Sequence record: MT833283.1
Strand: one strand, 5' to 3'
Source: Escherichia coli phage vB_EcoS_Ace
Length of the DNA: 64,000 bases
Shown: in pieces, positions 1 through 7,293 of the stretch
How the letters are laid out: each line of letters begins with the position of its first letter
How positions within the stretch are numbered: the first letter of the stretch is position 1
The notes under the pieces: generated by a model
Told to the model about the DNA's origin: nothing
What the model saw: only the letters and a program-made list of their open reading frames with translations
Databases searched by the model: none
Translations under genes and position numbers: made by a program

Positions 1-68
1 CCTGGGATTCGAACCCAGAACTGACGGATTAAAGGTCCGCTACTCTTATCCAGTTGAGCTAGCAATCC
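1..68 (-). tRNA. tRNA, 3' acceptor end cut by window edge; anticodon loop read as CCTTTAA (possibly UUU, Lys)
   Basis: Minus-strand hand fold: D-arm GCTC/GAGT, anticodon stem GCGGA/TCCGT, T-arm CTGGG-TTCGAAT-CCCAG; the 3' acceptor strand lies outside the window. C at position 33 is atypical. Confidence 0.55.
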
Positions 69-700
69 AATTTTTCTACTAATAATTTAAAAGCATCTAG
101 TACAGGTACTTCAAACCACTCTCCAGATACTCTATAATCTTTAAGAAGATTATGTAATTCTTTCTCTGTACGTCTTTTATCCGACGAAAATCTGAAATGG
201 TATAGCTTGTAGTCTCTATTAGGTGAATAAGTTTGATAACTTGCTAACCTCTCATTCACATCTATAGTCATACCTATTTTATACATGCCTGGCCATGCTG
301 GATTACCAATTACATATATAAAACCTTCCGTTATAGGTATTTTATGCTCCCTTTTATACTTTAAGAGATTTAAGGCTGCCATTCGATAACAGAATCTAAA
401 CTCTGAAGTTTTTAACTTACCTTCTTTACCCGAAATTTCGTTATATTTGCTCATATAAGCTCTTATGAGCTTATCATCTATAATGAAGTTATCAGGAAGG
501 TTTAAGGCAGCTAAAACTTTATTAATTAGCATAGACTTCCTTAATAGAGTATCCTTAATAGAGTAGACTTTCAAGTAAGGATGATTGATTCCTAATTCCG
601 CCATCACTTCGTTTTTATCTTTACCGTAATGGGCTAGTGGATACTTCTTACGATCTTTGCTAGATCGTAGATCACTTACCTTTAAACGAAATAATTTCAT
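59..700 (-). CDS. GIY-YIG-like (T5orf172/MUG113-type) domain protein, homing-endonuclease-like
   Basis: 213 aa ORF; core FIYVIGNPAWPGMYKIGMT...NERLASYQTYSP resembles the GIY-(10 aa)-YIG motif; paralog of the 3847-4377 ORF; sits between tRNA genes. Confidence 0.7.
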   Translation of the reverse strand: MKLFRLKVSDLRSSKDRKKYPLAHYGKDKNEVMAELGINHPYLKVYSIKDTLLRKSMLINKVLAALNLPDNFIIDDKLIRAYMSKYNEISGKEGKLKTSEFRFCYRMAALNLLKYKREHKIPITEGFIYVIGNPAWPGMYKIGMTIDVNERLASYQTYSPNRDYKLYHFRFSSDKRRTEKELHNLLKDYRVSGEWFEVPVLDAFKLLVEKLDC

Positions 701-721
701 TTCGAAATCCTTCTATTAAAT

Positions 722-799
722 TGGAAGCGGGTGTAGGAATCGAACCTACCTCTTTCTAGCTTATGAGACTAGCGATCTCTACCAAAGATCTAACCCGCA
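722..799 (-). tRNA. tRNA with CAT anticodon (Met or lysidine-modified Ile2)
   Basis: Hand fold: anticodon stem CTAGT/GCTAG, loop CTCATAA, T-arm GTAGG-TTCGATT-CCTAC; CCA encoded (plus 722-724 tgg). Confidence 0.7.
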
Positions 800-805
800 A
801 TTGTT

Positions 806-882
806 TGGTCTCCAATGAAGGACTCGAACCTTCAACCCCACCGCCCCAAACGGTGTACTCTAGCCAATTGAGCTAATCGGAG
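806..882 (-). tRNA. tRNA-Pro (TGG)
   Basis: Acceptor CTCCGAT/ATTGGAG, D-arm GCTC/GAGT, anticodon stem CACCG/CGGTG with loop TTTGGGG, T-arm GAAGG-TTCGAGT-CCTTC, CCA encoded. Confidence 0.8.
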
Positions 883-891
883 AATATTATT

Positions 892-1089
892 TTATTGTGG
901 TGGAATATTAATATTCCGTCCATCTATGCAGTAAATGGTACTAGGAATTGTAGAGTGTATACTGAAGTTTTGTATTTTACTCTCTCCACCACAGAAATTT
1001 TTTGCAAATTCATACTCCTTGTTAATGGTTGAATCAAATTTAAAGCAACCAGTGAGTAAGAATACAGATAGTAACATAACTTTTTTCAT
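892..1089 (-). CDS. small lipoprotein (lipobox LLTGC), function unknown
   Basis: 65 aa ORF starting MKKVMLLSVFLLTGC (signal peptide plus lipobox Cys); a T5-type promoter lies directly upstream on the minus strand (about 1110-1165). Confidence 0.6.
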   Translation of the reverse strand: MKKVMLLSVFLLTGCFKFDSTINKEYEFAKNFCGGESKIQNFSIHSTIPSTIYCIDGRNINIPPQ

Positions 1090-1139
1090 TTTGCTTTCCT
1101 TCTCAACACTTTATAAGATATATTATACAGAGAATTAAG

Positions 1140-1408
1140 CAAAATAGCAAATGAATTTTTAATAAATTTACTTATTGCGTAGGCCACCTGGAGGGTTCAA
1201 GCCCCACGTCTGACAAAGAAGTTTGCGAGACTTCTCTTAAACGCCAGAATAGACCCGCCGATCTATCGGAACCTACTCAATAAGTAAACTTTCGTTTACC
1301 TACACCTACCTGGTCGGGAGGATTTTCAGCTACTAGAACCGGCCGGAAACTCATCGCCTTGTTTACCTTGTAGTCCCACTATAAGTGACGCGACCTACAA
1401 AGATTTTG
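1140..1408 (-). other. ORF-free GC-elevated segment with tRNA-like stem-loops that I could not fold into a canonical tRNA
   Basis: No ORF of 60 aa or more; hairpin GAAGT-CTCGCAA-ACTTC (minus strand, 1218-1234) looks like an anticodon arm; neighbouring TTCAAGC T-loop-like element has a poor stem. Confidence 0.3.
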
Positions 1409-1479
1409 TGCGGTCGGAGGGAATCGAACCCTCAACTTCTGGTTGGCAACCAAAAATTATACCTTTTAACTACGAACGC
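1409..1479 (-). tRNA. tRNA-Gly (GCC)
   Basis: Acceptor GCGTTCG/CGACCGC (one mismatch), anticodon stem TTTGG/CCAGA with loop TTGCCAA, T-arm GAGGG-TTCGATT-CCCTC; CCA not encoded. Confidence 0.7.
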
Positions 1480-1489
1480 ATAATGAGTC

Positions 1490-1690
1490 AATCTAGGTAG
1501 GACTTGAACCTACTATCACTTGTGCGGATTTACGAGAACCATTCTTTCACTCGAATCGAACGAGCTTCTACCCTCGGCAAGCTGGTGTCCCCTCTCCACC
1601 ACGCTAGAATGATAATTAATGCCTGCTCCTTTGAATCAAGAAGTCCACCCCGGACTTTGGGTCTTTGCAGTACATCACGCTGCTCTGATG
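1490..1690 (-). other. tRNA-like region with two T-arm-like elements, unresolved (tRNA pseudogenes or an atypical long tRNA-like RNA)
   Basis: T-arm-like GTAGG-TTCAAGT-CCTAC (plus 1497-1513) and GCTCG-TTCGATT-CGAGT (plus 1549-1565); candidate acceptor pairing 1490-1496 with 1604-1610 would give about 120 nt, too long for a standard tRNA. Confidence 0.3.
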
Positions 1691-1692
1691 TT

Positions 1693-1769
1693 TGGTACAC
1701 CCACTAGGACTTGAACCTAGAACCTACCGCTTAAGAGGCGGTAGCTCTAACCAATTGAGCTATGGATGT
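1693..1769 (-). tRNA. tRNA-Lys (CTT)
   Basis: Acceptor ACATCCA/TGGGTGT, D-arm GCTC/GAGC, anticodon stem ACCGC/GCGGT with loop CTCTTAA, T-arm CTAGG-TTCAAGT-CCTAG, CCA encoded. Confidence 0.8.
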
Positions 1770-1775
1770 ATAATT

Positions 1776-1850
1776 TGGCGGTACTAAGGGTAATCGAAAC
1801 CCTACCTCTCCCGTGACAGGGGAGTATCCTAACCGTTAGACTATAGTACC
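1776..1850 (-). tRNA. tRNA-Asp (GTC)
   Basis: Acceptor GGTACTA/TAGTACC perfect, anticodon stem CTCCC/GGGAG with loop CTGTCAC, T-arm AGGGT-TTCGATT-ACCCT, discriminator G then CCA encoded. Confidence 0.85.
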
Positions 1851-2371
1851 TTTAACTTTTTAAGTTCTTTAGGATTGCCTCCTAAAGAAGTGTATCTTTT
1901 ACGCAACCCATTATCTGAATAACTTAACTTTCTCCCTGCACCTGACCAGCCTAGCTCTCTTACTGTAACCTCGATTATTTCTTTAGTTATAGAGATATCT
2001 TTTGGTTTATGTGAAGAGCACTCCTGACATTTTTCAGCTTTTAAAGAAATAGCTTTACCACAATCCTTACAACAATTATCATGGTTTAGTTTACTAAATC
2101 CTTTATCTTTTAAAGTCTTTTCTAGATGCTGCTCTTTTGTGAGCACTTGTAAGTTATTAAGACCCCAATAAGTAATGTCTGTGTTAATATGGTCAACTTC
2201 TAGTTCAGAGTCTAGACTTGGTAATTTCTTAAATGCACATGCTAAAATCCTATGTACACCAGTATTTCTCTGTTGACCATTTTTATGGAGACGTATAGAT
2301 AAGTATCCGTAATTACTGGTTATTGGGGTTAGTATTTTGTTTGATTTGATACTAAATACTAACCCATCCAA
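1841..2371 (-). CDS. HNH homing endonuclease
   Basis: 176 aa; HNH core VHRILACAF...EVDHINTD...NNLQVL; C-terminal Cys-rich region; located within the tRNA island. Confidence 0.75.
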   Translation of the reverse strand: MDGLVFSIKSNKILTPITSNYGYLSIRLHKNGQQRNTGVHRILACAFKKLPSLDSELEVDHINTDITYWGLNNLQVLTKEQHLEKTLKDKGFSKLNHDNCCKDCGKAISLKAEKCQECSSHKPKDISITKEIIEVTVRELGWSGAGRKLSYSDNGLRKRYTSLGGNPKELKKLKVL

Positions 2372-2425
2372 ACTTACTAAGTACTTCTCAAACCCTGGAA
2401 TGGGTAAGGATATTCAGTGCATAAT

Positions 2426-2611
2426 TTACTCAGTTTTGAGTTTTTCGATAGCTTCCTCAACCTCTTTTAGAGCTTCACGACGCTCTACTTGACCTTGAAG
2501 TTCTTCAAGAAGTTCAGCTTTCAGAGCCTTAATAATATTACCACGAACCTTAATATTATTAATCAGATTATCACGATCAGCTTCTAGTCGAGCAATTGCA
2601 CGAGTTGTCAT
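2426..2611 (-). CDS. hypothetical small coiled-coil protein
   Basis: 61 aa ORF with RBS GAGGAAA upstream of the ATG on the minus strand. Confidence 0.5.
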   Translation of the reverse strand: MTTRAIARLEADRDNLINNIKVRGNIIKALKAELLEELQGQVERREALKEVEEAIEKLKTE

Positions 2612-2714
2612 ATCTATTTCCTCAGTTGTTAATGAAAAATGGTATCTGTGACTGAATTCGATATCAGCAATGATAGCTGGTTGGCTACCGGTTTACTTAA
2701 CTCTACACAGAATA

Positions 2715-2797
2715 TGGCGGGCCGTGTAGGATTCGAACCTACGTTGTCTTTCGACATGGATTAACAGTCCACCGCCAAACCGCTTGGCTAACGACCC
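2715..2797 (-). tRNA. tRNA, anticodon read as GTT (Asn) with an unusual 13-nt extra arm
   Basis: Acceptor GGGTCGT/ACGGCCC, D-arm GCCA/TGGC, anticodon stem GTGGA/TCCAT with loop CTGTTAA, extra arm GTC-GAAA-GAC, T-arm GTAGG-TTCGAAT-CCTAC, CCA encoded. Confidence 0.6.
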
Positions 2798-2804
2798 TAA
2801 AATT

Positions 2805-2880
2805 TGGACGACCGCATGAGATTCGAACTCACATAAGGAGGTTTTGCAGGCCTCCGCCTAAGCCATTCAGCCAACGGTCG
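2805..2880 (-). tRNA. tRNA, anticodon uncertain (apparent 9-nt anticodon loop CCTGCAAAA; GCA/Cys or TGC/Ala)
   Basis: Acceptor CGACCGT/GCGGTCG, T-arm GTGAG-TTCGAAT-CTCAT, CCA encoded; anticodon stem GGAGG/CCTCC encloses 9 nt. Confidence 0.55.
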
Positions 2881-3058
2881 ATTTATCTTGCTTTTCGAGA
2901 TTAGTAAACTCTAGATCTATAGAATGTCCTATAGATCTAGCATAATAGCCATCTCCAGCATCATAGCCTGACTTACCACACTCACACATCTTAAACTCTC
3001 TATAACGAGTGAAAATATGTTCAGAACCACAACACTTAAATTTAACTAACATTTTCAT
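2867..3058 (-). CDS. hypothetical small Cys-rich (zinc-ribbon-like) protein
   Basis: 63 aa ORF with CC...C.C pattern (KFKCCGSEH...CECGKSG); 3' end overlaps the tRNA 5' end by about 14 nt. Confidence 0.45.
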   Translation of the reverse strand: MKMLVKFKCCGSEHIFTRYREFKMCECGKSGYDAGDGYYARSIGHSIDLEFTNLEKQDKSTVG

Positions 3059-3297
3059 TTAACACGCTCCGGTAAATCTTCGAGTTTATATTGAGTAGCC
3101 ACATTAGCAGCATCTAGTAACAAACCCATATGTTTAAGAATCCTAGTGATAGCCTCGCCTTCTGCTTCTTCTACAAAAGTGCGTAGTTGAATGAAGTCAA
3201 TACCACCATCCATACCAGAGAAAATGTTAAGTAAGCGAAGCATTACCAGCTTACGTTCTTTCAGTTCTTGTTCTATCATGTTGCTTCTCCAGTTCAA
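3055..3297 (-). CDS. hypothetical protein
   Basis: 80 aa ORF, stop/start overlap with the downstream ORF; minus-strand promoter at about 3305-3350. Confidence 0.5.
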   Translation of the reverse strand: MNWRSNMIEQELKERKLVMLRLLNIFSGMDGGIDFIQLRTFVEEAEGEAITRILKHMGLLLDAANVATQYKLEDLPERVK

Positions 3298-3329
3298 TTT
3301 ATGTAATAATTATACAGAACTTTAAGGAT

Positions 3330-3668
3330 TTAAGCAACTACATTTTTCAGAAATTTGATGCCTTTCTTACACTTCTTATACCACCACGTCTTAGAGTTTT
3401 GTCGATTATGAACGCTTGAGATCTTCGCCTCATTAAAGTGCTTCAAAAGCATATAATCAGCCCCTAATTGCTCAAGTGGAATGTGATCTCCACTAGAATC
3501 ATAAACATAAGGCCGTTGATTAGCTCTGTAGTGATATACCTTATTAATCCGGCGTTTAAGCAAAGGACTAGTACAGTATATAAAGAAGTTTTTAGGATGC
3601 ATCAGCATCTCCTTCAAAATTGGTGCACCCCGTTGGTAACGATCCAACCTCTCAAGCTCTTCAGGCAA
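3330..3668 (-). CDS. hypothetical protein
   Basis: 112 aa ORF on the coding strand of this block. Confidence 0.5.
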   Translation of the reverse strand: MPEELERLDRYQRGAPILKEMLMHPKNFFIYCTSPLLKRRINKVYHYRANQRPYVYDSSGDHIPLEQLGADYMLLKHFNEAKISSVHNRQNSKTWWYKKCKKGIKFLKNVVA

Positions 3669-3701
3669 GCGCTAATCCATCTCAGCTAAAGGTGCAAATA
3701 T

Positions 3702-3777
3702 TGGCAAACCTACTAGGACTCGAACCTAGACCGTACGGTTTTGGAGACCGACATGCTGTCCAGTAACACTCTAGGAA
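3702..3777 (-). tRNA. tRNA-like, low confidence (anticodon read as CCA, Trp); acceptor pairing poor
   Basis: Good T-arm CTAGG-TTCGAGT-CCTAG and CCA encoded (plus 3702-3704), anticodon arm CGGT-CTCCAAA-ACCG; the 5' acceptor strand has two mismatches in my fold. Confidence 0.45.
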
Positions 3778-3786
3778 TGCAGAAAT

Positions 3787-3860
3787 TGGTATTCTCACAC
3801 GGATTCGAACCGAGATTTCTGGAGTGAAGTTCCAGTGACCTAACCATTAGTCGATGAGAA
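3787..3860 (-). tRNA. tRNA, anticodon read as TTC (Glu)
   Basis: Acceptor GTTCTCA/TGAGAAT, anticodon stem CTGGA/TCCAG perfect with loop ACTTCAC, T-arm CTCGG-TTCGAAT-CCGTG, CCA encoded. Confidence 0.6.
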
Positions 3861-4377
3861 CATTATATTCTTTTGCTTTCTCTAATTTTAGAAAAGACTT
3901 TAATTCTTCTAAGTTAATTATATTAAACCATTCACCTTCTAGTGCAAAAGGTTTAAGAAACTTATGTATTTTTGATTCTACCGCACGTCTATCGGAGTAG
4001 AATTGATAGTGCTCCAGAGTAAAATCTCTGTAAGGACTATATGTTTGATATGACCTCAGTCTTTCATGGACATTTACTGTCATACCTATTTTGTAACAAT
4101 TAGGCCATGCTTTATTGCCAATAACATATACCATACCTTCATACACAGGTAATTTATGCGCTTGTTTATACTGAATAAGATTTAAAGCAGAAATTCTATC
4201 ATACTGCATTATTCTTTTAGTATTCTTCTTTTCAGTACAAGTACCTTTTATCTCATTATAGATTTCTCGATATTTAGCAAGTAAATCTACATCAATAACA
4301 AAAGGTATAGTAGGAGAGATAATATCTCTTTCCTCCATAGCGCTAATTACTATTTTTGGTATATCTGGTATTGCCAT
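3847..4377 (-). CDS. GIY-YIG-like (T5orf172/MUG113-type) domain protein, paralog of 59-700
   Basis: 176 aa; shared core GMVYVIGNKAWPNCYKIGMTVNVHERLRSYQTYSPYRD with the 59-700 ORF. Confidence 0.7.
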   Translation of the reverse strand: MAIPDIPKIVISAMEERDIISPTIPFVIDVDLLAKYREIYNEIKGTCTEKKNTKRIMQYDRISALNLIQYKQAHKLPVYEGMVYVIGNKAWPNCYKIGMTVNVHERLRSYQTYSPYRDFTLEHYQFYSDRRAVESKIHKFLKPFALEGEWFNIINLEELKSFLKLEKAKEYNVLID

Positions 4378-4397
4378 TTTTAGACCTTAGTTAAATT

Positions 4398-4485
4398 TGG
4401 TGGGCGTTAATGGAGTCGAACCACTCGAGTCGCAATGACCAGGGATTTACAATCCCCTCCGCTACCACTTACGGAATAAACGCCC
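4398..4485 (-). tRNA. tRNA-Tyr (GTA), type II with long variable arm
   Basis: Acceptor GGGCGTT/AACGCCC, D-arm TCCG/CGGA, anticodon stem GGGGA/TCCCT with loop TTGTAAA, about 15-nt variable arm, T-arm AGTGG-TTCGACT-CCATT, CCA encoded; 88 nt. Confidence 0.75.
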
Positions 4486-4616
4486 ATATTTAGAAGTATT
4501 CAAAAAATTCTCATTTAAACACTTTTAAATATGTTTCCAAATTAGATAACTATTATATCAAGTTTTATGGCACTGAGCAAGTCAGATTTTAAAGAACTTG
4601 CTCAGTGCTGTATTAG

Positions 4617-4892
4617 TTAGTCGAACTTAGGAGTGACAGTTAAGGAGAACGGAAGTTCAAAAACTTCTTCACCCTCATCACTAACAGTGATTACCCGACC
4701 CTCTAACTTATTCATGCTAATCTCAACATCAGCCGTAGCATCTGGAGCCATGCCAGCTTCAACACATTTAGCTTTAATTTCCGGCAGAAGTTCTACATCA
4801 TAGAAATAAAGCCATTCAATCTCACCTTCCCAGCCTTCCCAGGATTTACAGATTGCACTTTCAATACCAGTTGTTATAACACGATTTTGCAT
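4617..4892 (-). CDS. hypothetical protein
   Basis: 91 aa ORF; strong hairpin (4570-4610) just downstream on the minus strand. Confidence 0.5.
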   Translation of the reverse strand: MQNRVITTGIESAICKSWEGWEGEIEWLYFYDVELLPEIKAKCVEAGMAPDATADVEISMNKLEGRVITVSDEGEEVFELPFSLTVTPKFD

Positions 4893-4982
4893 TCGTTAAC
4901 TCCTTCATCAATTTATATAACTATTATAACAGAAATCTTAAGTAAAAAGCAAGTACATTTTTAAAATTTCTGCTTGGAGGAG

Positions 4983-5255
4983 TTAAACTCCTGATTCTTC
5001 AGCCAGATCAAGCCCAACCAACGTGATTGCCATAATAGCCGCGCCATGTTCCTTCTCTCCTAGCTCTTTAGCTTGAGTGAGAATATTGAGGAATTGCTTT
5101 TGAAAATCTGTAACTTCTTCTGTCATGCCTGCTTCAGCAATAATTCCTTTCAGCATAAAGCGTTGTGCCGTAATTTCAGGATTAGCCATTTGTTTTCTCC
5201 AGTTATTTAGAATGTAAGCCAAACTTAGGATCATAGCGATCATAAGTCGTACCAT
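4983..5255 (-). CDS. hypothetical protein
   Basis: 90 aa ORF. Confidence 0.5.
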   Translation of the reverse strand: MVRLMIAMILSLAYILNNWRKQMANPEITAQRFMLKGIIAEAGMTEEVTDFQKQFLNILTQAKELGEKEHGAAIMAITLVGLDLAEESGV

Positions 5256-5341
5256 TAGTTGAAGCCTTGATGCTATGAAAACGACAGTACATAAATTTAC
5301 GTAGTGCTTTATTAATAGCTTTCATTTTATTTCCTTTTATT

Positions 5342-5418
5342 TGGTAGGGGTGGTGGGATTCGAACCCACAAAACCTGAATTTTAAGTCCAGTACCTATGC
5401 CAATTCGATTACACCCCC
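5342..5418 (-). tRNA. tRNA, anticodon read as TAA (Leu) with short variable arm
   Basis: Acceptor GGGGGTG/CACCCCT, anticodon stem CTGGA/TTCAG with loop CTTAAAA, T-arm GTGGG-TTCGAAT-CCCAC, CCA encoded. Confidence 0.6.
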
Positions 5419-5426
5419 ATGTAATC

Positions 5427-5765
5427 TTAGCGAATCTCTAAACCCTGGAAATATCGAGGGAATGGAGAGCCAACTTCAAAATTAATACCCCAATTAAGTT
5501 CAACGAGTTCAGATTTATTAAGATCCAGACCATTACCTTCAAAGATATAGCCGTAAACCGCAGGGAACATAGCTGCTAGATCTTCCATATCGGAATGAGC
5601 ATTGTGTTCTTCACGAAACTGCTCAAACTCTTCAAAGAACTTTTCTAGGAAGAACTCTGGTACAATGAACGTTACTACATCTGTGGTATCATCAATACGA
5701 TAGATGGTAGCTTGGAATAGACCTACACCTAAAAGGTTGACTGCCGGAGTTGTAAAAATATCCAT
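5427..5765 (-). CDS. hypothetical protein (start moved to internal ATG)
   Basis: The ORF track starts at 5876, but the ATG at 5765 has RBS GAGG and follows the stop of the upstream ORF (TAA-A-ATG), avoiding a 110-nt overlap. Confidence 0.5.
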   Translation of the reverse strand: MDIFTTPAVNLLGVGLFQATIYRIDDTTDVVTFIVPEFFLEKFFEEFEQFREEHNAHSDMEDLAAMFPAVYGYIFEGNGLDLNKSELVELNWGINFEVGSPFPRYFQGLEIR

Positions 5766-5766
5766 T

Positions 5767-5952
5767 TTAGCCTCGCTCAATATCAAAAGAAATTGCATAA
5801 TTAGGGTTAATGCCAGAACCTTTACAGGTAGGACATTCCCATTCGTTATAGAAAATGTCCCCAGGTTCAGCATCATTTTGAGTGCCAGAACCCCAACATT
5901 CAGTACACATACATTCTTCTAGCTCTTGAGCAATTTCTCGAAAGCGTGACAT
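5767..5952 (-). CDS. small zinc-finger-like protein
   Basis: 61 aa with CxxCxGSG...CPTCKGSG motifs; RBS AGGAGA upstream. Confidence 0.55.
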   Translation of the reverse strand: MSRFREIAQELEECMCTECWGSGTQNDAEPGDIFYNEWECPTCKGSGINPNYAISFDIERG

Positions 5953-5969
5953 ATAGTCTCCTAATTAAT

Positions 5970-6047
5970 TGGTGGCTCCCGGAGGATTCGAACCTACCTA
6001 CCTTTCGCTTATGAGGCGACGGCTCATACCAAATGAGCTTGAGAACC
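5970..6047 (-). tRNA. tRNA with CAT anticodon (second copy; Met or Ile2)
   Basis: Acceptor GGTTCTC/GGGAGCC, D-arm GCTC/GAGC, anticodon loop CTCATAA, T-loop TTCGAAT, CCA encoded. Confidence 0.7.
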
Positions 6048-6052
6048 AAATC

Positions 6053-6146
6053 TGGAGGAAGATGCCAGATTCGAACTGGCACACCGTGTTTCCACAGCTA
6101 CTGGCTGTTTAGCAAACAGCTCCCTTACCATTAGGGTTAATCTTCC
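6053..6146 (-). tRNA. tRNA-Ser (GCT), type II
   Basis: Acceptor GGAAGAT/ATCTTCC perfect, anticodon stem GCTGT/ACAGC with loop TTGCTAA, long variable arm, T-arm GCCAG-TTCGAAT-CTGGC, CCA encoded; 94 nt. Confidence 0.8.
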
Positions 6147-6197
6147 GAATTTATGAATATATTATACAGAAAATTTCGACATTAAGCAAGTGAAATT

Positions 6198-6494
6198 TTA
6201 CTGAACCTTGCACTGATATACTTGTTTGATACGTGTCACTGACTTCTTAGTTGGATTGATAGAAGAACCCTGCCACCAACGTGATTCTGAGCTGAGAACA
6301 GTACCAGGAACAGCTTGTTCTTTTGGCAGAACAATATCAAAACACTGTTCACCCATATTATCTTTAATGTGCGACCAAATGTCTAGAGTAAATCGTTCTA
6401 GCTTATTACAAACTTGAACTTGACAAAGTTCCTGTTGTGGAGCAGCAAATACAGAAGTAGATACTAGAGTCAATGCAAGTACAATGCGTTTCAT
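6198..6494 (-). CDS. secreted protein with signal peptide
   Basis: Start at ATG 6494 (MKRIVLALTLVSTSVFA) preceded by the T5-type leader TTTGAGAGAGGAATCAAAT and a promoter at about 6515-6570. Confidence 0.65.
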   Translation of the reverse strand: MKRIVLALTLVSTSVFAAPQQELCQVQVCNKLERFTLDIWSHIKDNMGEQCFDIVLPKEQAVPGTVLSSESRWWQGSSINPTKKSVTRIKQVYQCKVQ

Positions 6495-6600
6495 ATTTGA
6501 TTCCTCTCTCAAATTTATAAATATATTATACAGAAATTTTCTATATTAAGCAAGTGAAAATTTCTGTATAATAGCCCTCGCTTAGAGGGCTATAGCTACT

Positions 6601-7293
6601 TTATTTGTTAACGCGTACAAAGTATCCTTTATATGCCCCAAGAATAGAGTTACCTAAAAATACTAGCCACATTGCTAGGATTGCATAAGATGCACCTGTA
6701 GATTGAGCAGTTACAAGCCAAATGTATACAGTACCAATGTTAATAGCAATCCAGATCAGCCACTGCTCGGCATACTGCTTAACCATAAGCCACATAGCGA
6801 TCACACTACCTACCGCAGTAAATGCATCCAACATTGGGAATGGATCAGCCGTAGTAGTTAAGAAACTACCATACCCTAACGTGGCTACTGCTAGAATCCC
6901 TAGAGTCAGCAGAGCTTGGACTTTAGTCAGAATCTTAGTTGGAACATCTGGCAGATTACTTGGCTTATTTTTATGCCATAAGTACATTCCATAAAACTGC
7001 ATAGGAACGTAGTATAGCAGGTTTAGTGCAGCGTTACCATAAAGATCTTCGTTTAAAGCTGTAATACCATAGGTAAGAACACCAACTAAGCCCCAAATAT
7101 AGTTAGAAACACGTCCTTTAGCAACCAAAATAACACAAACTACGTTGGTTATCGCAGTAGCCCAATCTAGAGGTGTACCATTATAGTTAGCTAAACTAAT
7201 GAAGGCAACCGCTATGAACAGCCACAGATATTCCAGAGGTTTCCAGTTTTTAAAGTCATTTACGAGATAGTTAGTCATATTAAAACTCTCCAA
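6601..7293 (-). CDS. pnuC: nicotinamide riboside transporter PnuC
   Basis: 230 aa multi-pass membrane protein; segments PMLDAF and VIAMWLMVKQYAEQWLIWIAINI match PnuC family signatures as I recall them from E. coli PnuC. Confidence 0.8.
   Translation of the reverse strand: MESFNMTNYLVNDFKNWKPLEYLWLFIAVAFISLANYNGTPLDWATAITNVVCVILVAKGRVSNYIWGLVGVLTYGITALNEDLYGNAALNLLYYVPMQFYGMYLWHKNKPSNLPDVPTKILTKVQALLTLGILAVATLGYGSFLTTTADPFPMLDAFTAVGSVIAMWLMVKQYAEQWLIWIAINIGTVYIWLVTAQSTGASYAILAMWLVFLGNSILGAYKGYFVRVNK

Noticed and set aside
1185-1205. Plus-strand tRNA based on GGAGGGTTCAAGCCCC
   Set aside because: The T-stem has a mismatch and no complementary acceptor strand exists upstream; all confirmed tRNAs are on the minus strand.
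1504-1707. 67-aa plus-strand ORF
   Set aside because: Overlaps tRNA-Lys and the tRNA-like region on the opposite strand, with no RBS; spurious.
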